DNA of 64,000 nt from Octopus sinensis (Eukaryota), in contig NC_043004.1 of assembly GCF_006345805.1 (NCBI RefSeq), forward strand, positions 68,448,001 through 68,512,000, written 5' to 3'. This document shows positions 39,719 to 52,964 of the stretch, one piece after another (position 1 is the stretch's first letter; the number at the start of each line of letters is the position of its first letter). The notes under the pieces were generated by a model, which did no database searches, was not told where the DNA came from, and worked only from the letters and a program-made list of their open reading frames with translations. The position numbers were made by a program, and so were the translations under genes.

Positions 39719-41529
39719 CCACTATGTACACATACTCACATACGTATATAGATGGATGTGTGTGTATTGTGTGTGTGAAATTACAAAGCTTTATTTTTAT
39801 GATCTGTAACAGAAGATGGCTTGTCCGAAATGAATCATTTAAACGTTTTTACTGGAGAAAGAAAAAGCAATATTAAAAACAAAAGAAAGAGTTTCATCAA
39901 AAGTGTCTCGCAATTTAGTTCCGTTCGTTTTTGAACTCGACATTTTGAATGATATACATCAATTTCCCATCGTTTGCACGGACTCCATATTCCTGTGTTG
40001 TAAATTGAAATAATTGTGGAGGCAGAAGAAGCACATTGTCATGCCAGTTAATTAGTAATATGAAGGTGAAACGAAGAGGCTGAATATTATACAAAATATT
40101 ATTCATGAGAAAGCCGACATTCCACCCAGTTACAAATGTCGCTCATATAACTTATAATATCCAAGAATTACATTGACGTGTATAATCCCTCTTATATCAT
40201 ATTGCTAATAAACTACGGTCATTTTCGATCATAGATTTCTTTTTATTTTATGCTTTGTTTTCTTTCATTTTTTTTTTACATTTCTTCAGATTTTCTATTA
40301 AAAAGATTATACACATAATGCGGCTGACTGCTATAAATATTATTGTACCGTGTAGAATATCCATTCTATCTCATCTTACAAATTACTACGGCCATTTTGG
40401 AGACGTTTGCTCTTCCTCCAGCACGCGGTTTTTTGTGTTTCTTTTTATACTTTAGATTCTCTTAATTCTTTAGATACACTCAATATGATTCGCTGCTATA
40501 AAATCATGTCTAGAGAATCACCATTGTTAATTACTATCCAGTTATAAAATTCTTACGAAAATTTATAATATATCATGATTTGGTAATGATTCCTACCCTC
40601 GTTCCAAAATATTTTTTTTCTTACAGAAATTTTTTCCATTCTTTCCTTCTATTATCTTTTTCCATGAAATCGAGACATATTTTATTAATTTATTGTTAAA
40701 AAAGCCAAAAGACACATGAAATTTGAATAATAAAATGATCAAGAAAACGAAATTATATTCATTATGTCAAAGAGTTTTAAGAAATTAAACAATTATCGTT
40801 CTTTAGTGCCATTTTTTTATATTTAATATAAAACGATACATTTAAATTTTATTTCACAATATTTTTTTGCAGCCTTCATCAGAATCATAAATTCAGAAGA
40901 AAACGATGAGAAAAATAAATAACAAGTTTTAAAATAGTTAAGCTAGCAATTTTTATTTTCATTCTTTACACAGAATAACCTGGGTCTATAAATTAATTAA
41001 TTACATTTTCAACTTGAAAAATATAATTATGGAACATTTTTATTATATAATCAAAAGAGAAATTATTTTCTACCAAGGAGATTCATTATTTTGTAACAAA
41101 AATGTCTCATCCGGTATTTGATAGCACTGAGAACGGTTAAGTATACTCGCTTTGTCTCTGTCTCATTCTCTCTCTCTCTCTTTCGCTCTCCCTCTTTAAC
41201 CCTCACACACTCTCTCTCTCCCTCTCTCTCTCTGTCATGCTCTCTCTCACTCTGTAGATACTTGTGTGTTTGTATACATATGTGTATGTATATATGTATG
41301 TATATATGTATATATGTATGTGTGCACTATTATGTGTACATGTATGTATGTGTGTGCATGTATGTATGTGTATGCATGTATGTATATGTATGCATGTATG
41401 TGTATGCATGTATGTGTATGCATGTATATATGTATCTGTGTATTTTATAATCTTATGCTTGCGTTACTCATAAACAGAAATGTTCCTTTTCCACTCGTTT
41501 CCATGAGTGGAACTTTGGTCTAGTTGATC

Positions 41530-41835
41530 TAATGTTATCAAGCGGTATCCAACGATAATCAAGAGGTTTAACCCTGAAGCGTAAAACCTTCCTGTTAGTA
41601 GGTCAGGAGAGGTGGCCATATCATTGCTCATCATCTCTTCCTGACTTCTAGCTTAACACGTCTCTCTTGTTCCATAACCAGCAAGAAGCTCTTTGTGCTG
41701 CATCCCCTATCCTACCCACAGCTCCATTCTGCTCTTTTCGTCTCACTGTAGTGATTTTAAGTATCTTGCAGACCGACTGGGTTGGAAAACACTTGCAACC
41801 AGCCTCAACTGGGAAAAGTCAACATCCTGCAGCAG
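41530..41835 (-). mobile_element. HERO-like (R2 superfamily) LINE 3' end
   Basis: FPVEAGCKCFPTQSV...IGDAAQRASCWLWNKRD..* matches the PVEVGCRGF...AERASxWLW terminus; stop at 41648-41650. Confidence 0.72.
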
Positions 41836-42258
41836 GCTACCGTACGTGTCACCTTTCTATTTTGTGTGAGTGTGCGTGTACATACATACATACATACATA
41901 TATATATATGTATGTATGTATGTACACACACACTCACACACACACACATACACACACACAGATATGTATATATATATAGGTGTGTGTGTGTGTGTGAGTT
42001 ATGTTTTCGCTAAGGTATAGCGTTTCCTAATATCTAGTTGTTAGAAATAAATATATTTATACTTTAGATTAAAGCATCAGATTTGTAGCGAGCCTAGTAT
42101 GAATTAATGAGTAGCAAAAGAAGAAATACGTAACCATCTTCATTATCTTACAGTTGTTTCTATCATAACAAGCATTGCGATCAGAGATGAGTATCTGTAT
42201 TGCATCTACTCCCTCATGACCATTGTATTTATATACATACACACACACACATACACTG

Positions 42259-42295
<37 letters not shown>

Positions 42296-42407
42296 ATATA
42301 ATATATATATATATATGCATCTATTTGCGTCTATTTTCTTTCCTCCACCTCACTCTATATTTTGTATGACATCTAACCTAAATATGACTTAATCATCCTC
42401 TCACACC

Positions 42408-42458
42408 GTCTCCGATGAAAGGTTATAATTAATAAATATCTGGAAACAGCTGTAAGAC
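42408..42458 (+). ncRNA. Minimal type I hammerhead-like motif (CCGAUGA core), PLE pseudo-LTR remnant
   Basis: gtct-CCGATGA-[imperfect stem II]-GAAA-CAGCTG-TA-agac. Stem I is gtct/agac; stem III is palindromic. Confidence 0.68.
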
Positions 42459-42460
42459 CT

Positions 42461-42492
<32 letters not shown>

Positions 42493-42503
42493 ATATATAT
42501 ATA

Positions 42504-43012
42504 CTAGCAGTATCGCCCGGCGTTGCTCGGGTTTGTAAGGGAAATAACTATATAAGCATTTTTAGAGAGTTACTTCCCTTATAAATTCGGGCTTTCTTAG
42601 CCATTTTTGTTTTGGTGTCTTCAAGCCATGAAGTCGTTGTTCTAAAAGAACGCTGGTTTCCTTCACAACGCATTACGACGTTGATTTCTTTACACTCCCT
42701 TCCCCACAGCTTCACGAGGGAGGGAAGAAGGGGGAGAAGCAAACATGTGCAGGCGTGAGCGTGGACGCCAACTCCGCCGCCATCGACACACGATGCATTT
42801 TATGCATTAAAATGGAATAAAAAATGATGTTAAATTATTTTTAAAATCGTAGACTCATCGTTGACGCGCGCTAATAGTCAGACGGGCTCGATATGAATCA
42901 CGACTATAAGATACCCGAATTTGGTTAAACTGCACCGCAAAATGTGGGAGGAGTTAGGAATCTAAATCGAAAGGGACAGACACTCACACAACTAGTGTTT
43001 TATATATATAGA
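42504..43012 (-). mobile_element. Non-autonomous Helitron inserted at the edge of a (TA)n tract
   Basis: 5' TC, 3' hairpin cccgagcaacgccggg plus CTAG, A/T junction. Ends homologous to 3195-3584. Confidence 0.87.
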
Positions 43013-43040
43013 TATGAGAGTGTTTGTATGCATATATATA

Positions 43041-43077
<37 letters not shown>

Positions 43078-43768
43078 ATGAGAGAGAGACATGGAGAACG
43101 AGAGGGATATAAAGGGGAAAATAGAAACGATGGGCTTCAACATAACTTTCGTCTATTAAGCTCACTTTTAATGCATTGGTCATCTCAGAGCTATACTTGA
43201 AAACAACTGTCGAAAGTGCAGGTGCTTGTAATGTATCATTTTACTGAATTGCAGCAAAATTCATATTATTTCGTTCAAACAAGAAAACATATAACTGTTA
43301 ATAATCTAATTTTGTGCAATTACTTCTATAATTCAACATTTGTTGGCGGCTCCTGTAATAATTAAACATTTTGAGCATCTTGATAATAAGTACCATTTTT
43401 ACTATGCTGAGCAAAATTCGGTCACTGAGTCATTCACCTTTCTCAGAACTTGGAATGAAGTCTGTAGTATAATTGGTGCAGTATTTGTACTCATGTACAA
43501 CATTCAGACTCATTGTATATTCAGTGGGCCATTTGTTATCGTACACAAAACCGGAGTACAGTTCTGTGTTTATATATATATATAATTATATATAAACAAG
43601 TTGCAATTAACCCTTTATTATAATTATATATAATCCTTACCGAATATGACCATTTCCATACCGAAAAATCTACTAGGTGAAATTTATTAATTTTATTAAA
43701 TTAATCATATTTCACCCCTTATGTGTATACATATATATACATATATACACACACCACACACACACACA

Positions 43769-43874
<106 letters not shown>

Positions 43875-43896
43875 TCATAGATATATGCATATCTAC

Positions 43897-44360
43897 GTAT
43901 CTAGGACAATCCATAATGGAATCTGACGGAAGGATAACTCCGAGAACAAAGAAATAAGAACCCACACTATGATAAAAGCCATAGTCACTCATAATAAAAA
44001 GGAATACTGGTGGAATGTCCCAGTGAAAACTTCAATAAAATGAATGTAAGCACAACATACCTGAAATAATTATTTCGGATAGAGAAGGGAAACTGTGTTC
44101 AGTTTTGGAAATTAGCCTTCCAGCGTATGTTAAAATGAAGCTGAAGATCAGTGAAAAAGAGAATACCTTCGCTGAACTATTGAGAAATCTGCAGTTACTC
44201 TATCCAGATTACAGGTCCAGGTTTATACATGTAGTTATTGTGGCCCTGGAATGTGTAACACACTGCCTAAATACCAGTCTCAAAACCGGAGAGGAGAAAG
44301 CTTATTCGAAGACAACAGTTGCATGTGAATACATACATAAAGCTAAACATACAAAGCTGC

Positions 44361-44391
<31 letters not shown>

Positions 44392-44530
44392 CATACATAC
44401 ATACATACATACATACAAGAATACCTTGTTGTTGATGTTAAAATTCCAATGAAGAGGCCTTGGATCTAGGTTAGAAACCGTCTCTTTCTCTATATGCAAG
44501 AAATCTTGAAATAAAACTGAACAATGACAT
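43897..44530 (+). mobile_element. R4/Dong-like LINE 3' fragment 1 (REL endonuclease plus 3' UTR with internal ACAT tract)
   Basis: KEYWWNVPVKTSIK-CKHNIPEIIISDREGKLCSVLEISLP...ISEKENTFAELLRNLQLLYPDY, a decayed RPD...E...K REL motif. Confidence 0.82.
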
Positions 44531-44544
44531 ATATACATACATAC

Positions 44545-44920
44545 GAGATATGTTCCGTTGTGGATAGCAGCTGTCCTCTGGACACGGATACGGTTAGAGA
44601 AATACAAGAAAAAGAGGACATCTATGGGCCATAGATAAGGGGTTCGAAAATCCATTACCCACGATAAACTTTTAGGTTCATACCTATTATCATTATTGGA
44701 GTGGTAGGTGTCATACCAACCCATCTGTTTCAAAATATAGCTGAACTTGAGAATTCGAGGGAGGAATGCAAATCCTATGCTACGATATCCAGGACTATAA
44801 AAAGCAAGGCCATTCTTAAGATTTTAAGGACGATGGTTTAAACAAGAAACACAACCTTGCTACGAAGTATGTGGCTAGTAAGAATTTACTTTAAAATAAA
44901 ATAAAGAGAAGAACATTATG
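44545..44920 (+). mobile_element. R4/Dong-like LINE 3' fragment 2 (divergent family)
   Basis: EICSVVDSSCPLDTD...QEKEDIYGP*IRG..IHYPR*TFRFIPIIIIGVVGVIP; ACAT repeats on both sides. Confidence 0.72.
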
Positions 44921-44954
44921 CATACATACATACATGCATACATACATACATACA

Positions 44955-44988
<34 letters not shown>

Positions 44989-45039
44989 CATACATGCATA
45001 CACGCACACACACTCTCTCACACACACATACATTCACCC

Positions 45040-45420
45040 AAATATAGAGGTCACTTGTGCTGCTGATGTAAATATCTATTTCAAAATCAATGGGAAAAAG
45101 GATAACTATGGATACATGCTTCAAAACTGCCAGCTTCTCTGTCCAGGTTATTAATTCAAAGATATACCAATAATAATTGGGTGCACTTAATTTTGTGAGT
45201 ATTGTGACATTCTGGATAAGCTGAGGTTCTCGGAAAATGAAACCCTGCCAACAAACTCGCACATTACGAATGCAATCTTTAAGTGGAACAATAAATTTAT
45301 GCAAGTTTAAAATGTGAAATTATTATTGCTTTCTACATGCCAAACATGGAAATTTGTATACATGTTAGCAAGAAGCTCCTACCTCAGAGGACGAATTTAA
45401 ATAAATATAAACAGAAGACT
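45040..45420 (+). mobile_element. R4/Dong-like LINE 3' fragment 3 (divergent family)
   Basis: IEVTCAADVNIYFKINGKKDNYGYMLQNCQLLCPGY*FKDIPIIIG...LRMQSLSGTINLCK; followed directly by (ACAT)n. Confidence 0.78.
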
Positions 45421-45677
45421 ACATACATACATACATACATACATACATACATACATACATACATACATACATACATACATACATACATACATACATACAT
45501 ACATACACATATACATATCAGAGAGCACAGGTGTGTTAGTCTATGAGAATATATTAGTATACGTATAGATACGAGTTATTAATATAGGCATACATATATC
45601 TTTGCAGCATTTACCACAAAATGCTCGAGTTAATACATACTCCCATTATAGGAAGTTATTATTTCACAAATAAATGC

Positions 45678-45870
45678 AGGCGAGCGGGTAGAATCGTTAG
45701 CAGGTCGGGCTAAGTCCTTAGCAGCATTTCTTTCGTACTGAGCTCAAATTCCATCGCAGTCGACTTTGCCTTTCATCCCTTTCGGGATCGATTATAGAAG
45801 TACCATTTGAACAGTAACCCCTTCCACCGTAATTTCTGACCTTGAGCGAAAATGTAAAACTAATATTTCA
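45678..45870 (+). mobile_element. Family A SINE, decayed
   Basis: ggcgagcgggtagaatcgttag head; gtcgactttgcctttcatccc core. Confidence 0.75.
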
Positions 45871-47360
45871 CAATTGACATAATTTACAGTTTGTAAAATC
45901 CCGACTAAATGAGGGTAAGATAGATATAATTTTACGCCCCAGAGAGACTACGGGACAATTTATGTATGATTTGAACACAAAACCTAGCAACAATGAAAAC
46001 AAAATCGTCCAAGTTTCTTATCCACTGAGCCACACCAATTATTTGACATACAGAGAAAGGTCTACGTTGATAAGTCTGAGAAAGTTTTCAAGTTTCTAGT
46101 TATTTATTCATTGTTGTTATCATTATCGTCTTTGACTTAGTTATAGCACAACTGATGTTGGTACTTCGTTTCTTGTCGTTGTAGCTATTGGTGTTACTGT
46201 TGTTGCTGTTGTGGTTGTGGTGGTGATGCTGGTGGTGTTGGGTTGGTGGTGGTGGTTGCATGTCTCTTCATTAAGAGTACAAAGCTACGTTACAAATCAA
46301 GTAAATTGTGGAGAATAAATTGCTCGCGGCACTCAAGCTTAGTTATACGTACATTTATCATTTTTCACCAACGAGTATATATGTATATATGTGTATATGT
46401 GTATACATATACAATTATAGATATATGTGTGTGTACGTATGCGTACATATACATATAGGTGCATACGAAATGATATATGTATATATATACGTGTAAATGT
46501 ATATGCGTGTGAGTACATGTATATATATATGTGCGTCTGTACATATGTATATATATATATATACATATATAACACATACATACATACACGCATACATATA
46601 TCGCACATCTAGCAATGAACATGTACAAGAAATATACATGTATATGAATGCATTCATAAGTGTATATGTATACATGTAAAATATACACATATACATAGGT
46701 ATAGATGTATATATATAATCCTATATACCATATATATATATATGTGCATATGTGTGTGTGTGTAATTCATAGAAATACGTACATATATAATTTATACAAT
46801 GTGCATATATACATCACGTATTAATATGCGTTTATATATGCGTATGTGTGCATAATTAGAACTGGGATATCTCATCTGATAGGAAAAGACGATAGTTGTG
46901 CGGTGATGGGTAGTTCTCGATCTATTTTATCTTTGGTGGTCCACTTGAAAATAATGAATCACGTGAAATGAATAAATATCTGGGTAAAGGAGAAAAAATA
47001 AATTGAAATCAAAGAGTAATATTATTCTAACGAGTTATTCAATTCTGTTTTGATGCTGATATCAACGAATGTCTGTAATAGAACTACGACCAAAGAATTA
47101 AAAAAATGAAAGAAAGAAGCGTGGACTTCATCAATATTTTTGTTTCACTTGGGTCCTCATTTTTTAGTACTGACAAGAGGAAATTATGAATATATGTGTG
47201 CTTGTGAGTGTATATATGTGTGTATTCATACGTGCGAGTGTGTATGCCATTTTGTGCATATATATACATTTATATATATGTGTGTGTGTATGTATATATG
47301 CATATATAGATATGTGTGTATATATATATGTGTATGTATATATATATGTATATATATCTA

Positions 47361-47396
<36 letters not shown>

Positions 47397-47407
47397 ACAT
47401 ACATATA

Positions 47408-47460
<53 letters not shown>

Positions 47461-47464
<4 letters not shown>

Positions 47465-49590
47465 GAAAAAAGTCATCGTAGAAAATTCTAAAATAATTTT
47501 ATAATAAAAACATTTTAATACCGGTTTCAGTCATTGAGACATTTTTAACTCTAAGTATGGAAAGCAATTACATTTTGGTAAAATCAAATGAAAAGAATTT
47601 TAAAAGAATATTTGCATAATATTCAAATAGAAGGGGCATATCCCTTGTTTCTGCCTGTCTCTGTATCTCTTGTTTACACTTGTGGGTTCGGGGTCGCTGT
47701 GAATTCTTGGCAGGGAAGAAGCAGAAGTAGGATGTTGAATGGTCAAGTGCCCTGAAAATGACTTGCTGTGGATGGTAGCAGTGATTGAATTCTTGAGGTA
47801 TCTCTTTTAAATGTATTGCTTTAATATTTGCGTGGGTGTTATTCTAAGCAGCATTAGTAGTAAAGTAAGGAAGGATGTGGCGGAGAGGAAGAAGAAGACG
47901 AAGAATGAATGGAAGGAGAAGAAGCGAAAGAATACTATAAGAATGCGTGAGTGGTATGATAGTAGTAGGATGTTAAATGGTCAAGTGAGCCGAAATGGCT
48001 TATTGTGGATTATAGTAATCATTGGGGCTGGGTTTCTATTATTGGCGCAAAAAAAAACCCTATTAATATTTAGTACTAAGTAAGTAGTCAACCTCTATTC
48101 CAATACCCCCCGCAACCTAGGAACAGCGGAAATTAACATCTGGCTACACAATGGCCCAGTGGTTAGGGCAGCGGACTCGCGGTCGTAGGATCGCGGTTTC
48201 GATTCCCAGACCGGGCGTTGTGAGTGTTTATTGAGCGAAAACACCTAAAAGCTCCACGAGGCTCCGGCAGGGGATGGTGGTGATCCCTGCTGTACTCTTT
48301 CACCACAACTTTCTCTCACTCTTACTTCCTCTTTCTGTTGTACCTGTATTTCAAAGGGCCGGCCTTGTCACTCTCTGTGTCACGCTGAATATCCCCGAGA
48401 ACTACGTTAAGGGTACACGTGTCTGTGGAGTGCTCAGCCACTTACACGTTAATTTCACGAGCAGGCTGTTCCGTTGATTCGGATCAACCGGAACCCTAAT
48501 CGTTGTAACCGACGGAGTGCTTCCACTCCATTCCATTCCACACAATTACCTCAACAAACTCCCACATCACATCTAAAAAAATTCGTGATATCTTGGAGAA
48601 TAACTACTTCGTCTTCAAAGACAACTTCTACCGACAAAAATCGGGGACGGCAATGGGTACGAGAATCCACCCCACCTGCTAACCTAGTTATGGGATATCT
48701 GGAAAGTAGTCTTTATCGTAAGCTACTAGAAAAAGTACGGTAACCCACTCTCCACTCTACATAGAAAATAACTGGAATAGATACCTGGATGGCTGTTTCA
48801 TTCTTTGGTATGAATGTATAAAGAAACTTAAAGAATTTCAAGCACTTATGAATGGACTTGATGTAAACATTCAATTCACGATGATCCATCAACAAGTTCC
48901 CTTCCTTGTTCATCCTCATGAACAAATCTAACAACGTAATAGGAACAGATATATACTATAAGCCTGCGGACTCCAAGCAATATCTACCGTTCAACTCATG
49001 CCACCCGATATACCAGAATGAATATCCCCTTGAACCTAGCTAAAAGGATCTGTGCTATATTTTCTAATGCAAAGACCAGAGACACACGACTACATGAACT
49101 AAAGGATACACTCATCACCAGGAACTACCCACCTTCACTAATTGACATATGCTTTCAACGTGCCCTCCAACCCAACATCCACGAACTCAGACATCCCAAA
49201 TTAAAAAGGAATTTACAACCAAAAGCCCTACCATGCATCTCCACACACAACCCTCTTAACAGGGAAGCCTTCTTTCAAAAAATTCACCCTGTTAAAAAGG
49301 ACCACAGAATGAACTTAATCCTCCAAACACACACCATCGCAAAAAGCAAGAGACAACCCAAATCTATGAAAAGTCTTCTAATACAAGCCCGAATACGCTC
49401 AACAACAACAACACTGAAGCCGTCAGTAAAAAAATGCGGAAGATCCAACTGTGGGATATACGTCAATTTAATAGAGGGATCAGTGTTCTCCTTCAAACAG
49501 GGACAACGTTTCACAGGGAAAAGCAGCCTCACATGTGCTTCAGAGAACCTGTTATACGCGCTAACCTGCTCTGGGTGTCAACAGTCTATG
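47461..49590 (+). mobile_element. Second Penelope/Poseidon-type PLE: inverted pseudo-LTR (47461-48080, minus) joined to an RT/GIY fragment (48083-49590, plus)
   Basis: VVNLYSN, ILENNYFVF...GTAMGT, WNRYLDGCFILW (decayed YLDD), DIYYKP, NIPLNLAKRIC, CGRSNCG. 47461-47870 resembles 32090-32530, with a decayed hammerhead at 47511-47556. Confidence 0.88.
48153..48539 (+). mobile_element. SINE family C inserted into the PLE RT, 7-bp TSD
   Basis: TSD acacaat at 48146-48152 and 48540-48546; (TTCCA)n tail; near-identical to 28061-28444. Confidence 0.93.
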
Positions 49591-49893
49591 TTAAAGGATG
49601 GCTGTACACAGATCCCAGATCAAAAGTCCGTAAAACAAAAAAAGTTGATTTATGGGAAATATTATGTTGATAAGGAAATGTACTTTACGATTCTAATCCA
49701 GAAACGTAGTCCATAATTAATCCGAAGACTGTGTGATTTCGTTGTTTTTCTTTTTTTTTTGCCATATGTGAGTTACAAATATTGTTGTCTGTGGAGACTT
49801 ATTTTTGTAGTAAAAGGAAATAGTAGTTCTTTGGCTGCTATTTCTAATATTTTCGGTATGTGGTTTAAGCAACCTGTTGCAAAATACCCTTAT

Positions 49894-49952
<59 letters not shown>

Positions 49953-51096
49953 AAGTGTTTGTGTGTGTGTATACATTTATATGTGTATATATATATATAT
50001 ATGTATATATATTTACATGGTATTTGCATGACACTATATTTTCATATGTGATAGTTTTGCTGTTTTAATCATTGAGCGAGATATATAAGGTATTGGCCAT
50101 AATCATTTACATGGACTCTATGAGGAATGAAGGAACGGGACACAGTTTACGTCAAAGTGAATAGGAAGCGCCAAAGCTTCCAATGCTGTCCGGTACGCTA
50201 AAATCACTGAGGACGTCAATAGAGGATGGGACAATGAATGCATATGGCGGACTTGGGCTGCCATTGTTGGTGTTGTGGCGATCGTTGCTTTTGTTTTTGT
50301 TGTGGCTTTAGTCGTTATTTGTGTTACAGTTTTTTGTGGTTTATTTCTTGTTTTTGCAGTAGTCGTCGCTGTTGCTCTTTTTGCTATTATGCCCGTTCTT
50401 TCTGCTTGGAATTTTATTGTTGTTGTTGGTGGTGATGGCGGTGGTGGTGGTGGTGTGGTGGTGGTGGTGGTGGTGGTGGTGGTGGTTGTGGTGGTGCTTG
50501 TGAATTGCTGCTGTCGTTGCCGTCGATGCTGAAGTATTAGCTCCTGCTTTTGTTCATTCATTTGCTGCTATCTCTCCACTCATTGTTGCTTCTCTTCCTA
50601 TTTACTTTAACCTTTCTATTTATTTCAATGCCATGCGACCAATAATAAACGTAATTATAACTTGGGCCAACAGATCATTTCCGTCAGTATTTACTAGTAT
50701 CGGGAACTACATCTTTCCATATGTGGGTCTCTTTTCTAAGACGTATCAAACGTGATTTTTAGAATGTACGTCTGCTATTTCCTGCAAACCGGAAGTCGAC
50801 ATAGAGATACTATTATTCGGTTCACTACAAGAAGACTCTGTTTTTGTTACACTATGAAGTGGAAACTAAATGAATATACTTTCTATGTGTCTATGTGTAT
50901 AGATAAATGTTATCATAAAAATGTATGCGACACTGAAATCACACGTGACATATATGTACGCACCCCCATGGCCATACACACACGCACACCCACAGACACA
51001 GAGACTCACACACACACACAGACAAACACACTGACTCACACATATATTTATAATGTATGTATATATAGGCGCAGGTGTGCGTGTGTGCATCTATGA

Positions 51097-51145
<49 letters not shown>

Positions 51146-51176
51146 ATATTTATATATAAATATATGTATGTATGTG

Positions 51177-51218
<42 letters not shown>

Positions 51219-51396
51219 ATATATGTATGTATGTGTATGTATATATATATATATATACGCACATACACATATATAGAGAGATTTTAATATACCTATACAT
51301 ATGTATATAATATATAATTATTCATAACTTATAAATTCGTATACATATATTTACATATATGCACACTAAAAGATTATGCCTGTATGTATGTATATA

Positions 51397-51432
<36 letters not shown>

Positions 51433-52757
51433 TGTATGTATGTTCGAATATATATGCAGATAAGTGTATAGACGCATACAAAATTACTATTACTAAAATC
51501 TTTTCTGCATTGCTTAACTGTAAATTATATTCCGAGGACATTACTAAACCGAATGTAAATAAAATTTTATTTTTACGACATATTTATACTAACTTATCTT
51601 CCTAATGTTCCTACTTGAATTATTAAGGCATTATATTTTATAGGGGGATTTGATATACATTATATTCTATCGAAACGTACCATAGTGCTGATGATAACAC
51701 ATCAAAATGTCTCATCGATTTTACATTAGATATATATTATAATGAAAATATTTTCTACGTCATTTAGACACAACTTAGTGATGCAGCAGCGTTAATCTAT
51801 TACATAATATAAACTATTTTCGTGATGTGGAGCAAAAGTTGTATCAGTTTAAAGTAACACTTTGTATATCATATAAAAAGTAGTTGCATCGTTGAAAGTC
51901 TAATTAATTACGGTTAAAACTCGTCCGGTTACTGGACAATTTTCTTCTGCAGCTGTTATATTATTTTCTCTTAAGACTTTACGTCTATTCAAGTTACTAT
52001 CTCTGATAGAATACTACAGTTAATTACGTTTTCAATGATGTATCTACTTCAAATATGATACGCAGTTTTCTATTCTAAATGATTTTAAGAGAAATATTGA
52101 GACATATTTTATAGACCTGCTGCCAGTCTAAAACGGTAAATCGGCGAGTTTACGGTTCTTTACGCTCTGAGTTCAAATTCCATAAATGGCAACGTTATCT
52201 TTCGTCCTTTCTGTATCAGTTAAAAATTGGTAACCTTCATGTTTCACCTCGAAGAAATGGTCAAGGAGCATTTTCGCCTCTAGTAGTGTCTTCAGGGTTG
52301 ATAAATAGGTCTTACTCTAATTTAATTCTTCTTATTGATAACCTCTAGCTAAATTCCATTGATTCTCTTCAAACCGCCCTTTTCAGGACTCTCCACTAAT
52401 GATTGTTGACAATTGCCCACATCAACTGCCCTTCACTAATTCAATAATCACCCGTCTTTACATGCCGAGATGGAGGCATCCACCTCCCAGTAATCGGGAC
52501 CCTGTCTGCTGGTCGCATCTAAGCCTACAACGCAGATCAAAAACTTGTGGTCAGCTTGAACTGTAGAAGTTACATTATCCCTATTCACTGGACTAACGAA
52601 TTACAAAGTGGCATATCCGAGAAATCCGGTCGCTTCCTGTCATTCAGCTCCAAGCCACCGATTTTTGGGGCTTCTGTATGCACTCATTTTATCCGCTTAC
52701 GCTATACAGTCGTGCTGTGCGTCTAGAATTTAATTCCATTCATACAGTAGTAGTAGA

Positions 52758-52868
52758 AAGAAGAAGAAGAAGAAGAAGAAGAAGAAGAAGAAGAAGAAGA
52801 AGAAGAAGAAGAAGAAGAAGAAGAAGAAGAAGAAGAAGAAGAAGAAGAAGAAGAAGAAGAAGAAGAAT
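52758..52868. repeat. (AAG)n microsatellite
   Basis: Direct reading; source of the poly-R/S/L ORFs. Confidence 0.95.
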
Positions 52869-52964
52869 AGCTACTGGAGGCGGAGTGGGCGGATTGGGCG
52901 GCACTTTTATGGATGGAGACGCCTCTTTTGGGTTTGCTGAGGGCAATATGTATATTTTGTGGGA

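Noticed and set aside
40300-40425. piggyBac transposase remnant (minus, W-P...D-I-like)
   Set aside because: Only a few residues resemble the motif, and no TTAA or TIR was found.
52440-52640. Non-LTR RT C-terminal remnant (RLYMPR-GGI)
   Set aside because: A single short frameshifted motif is not enough support.
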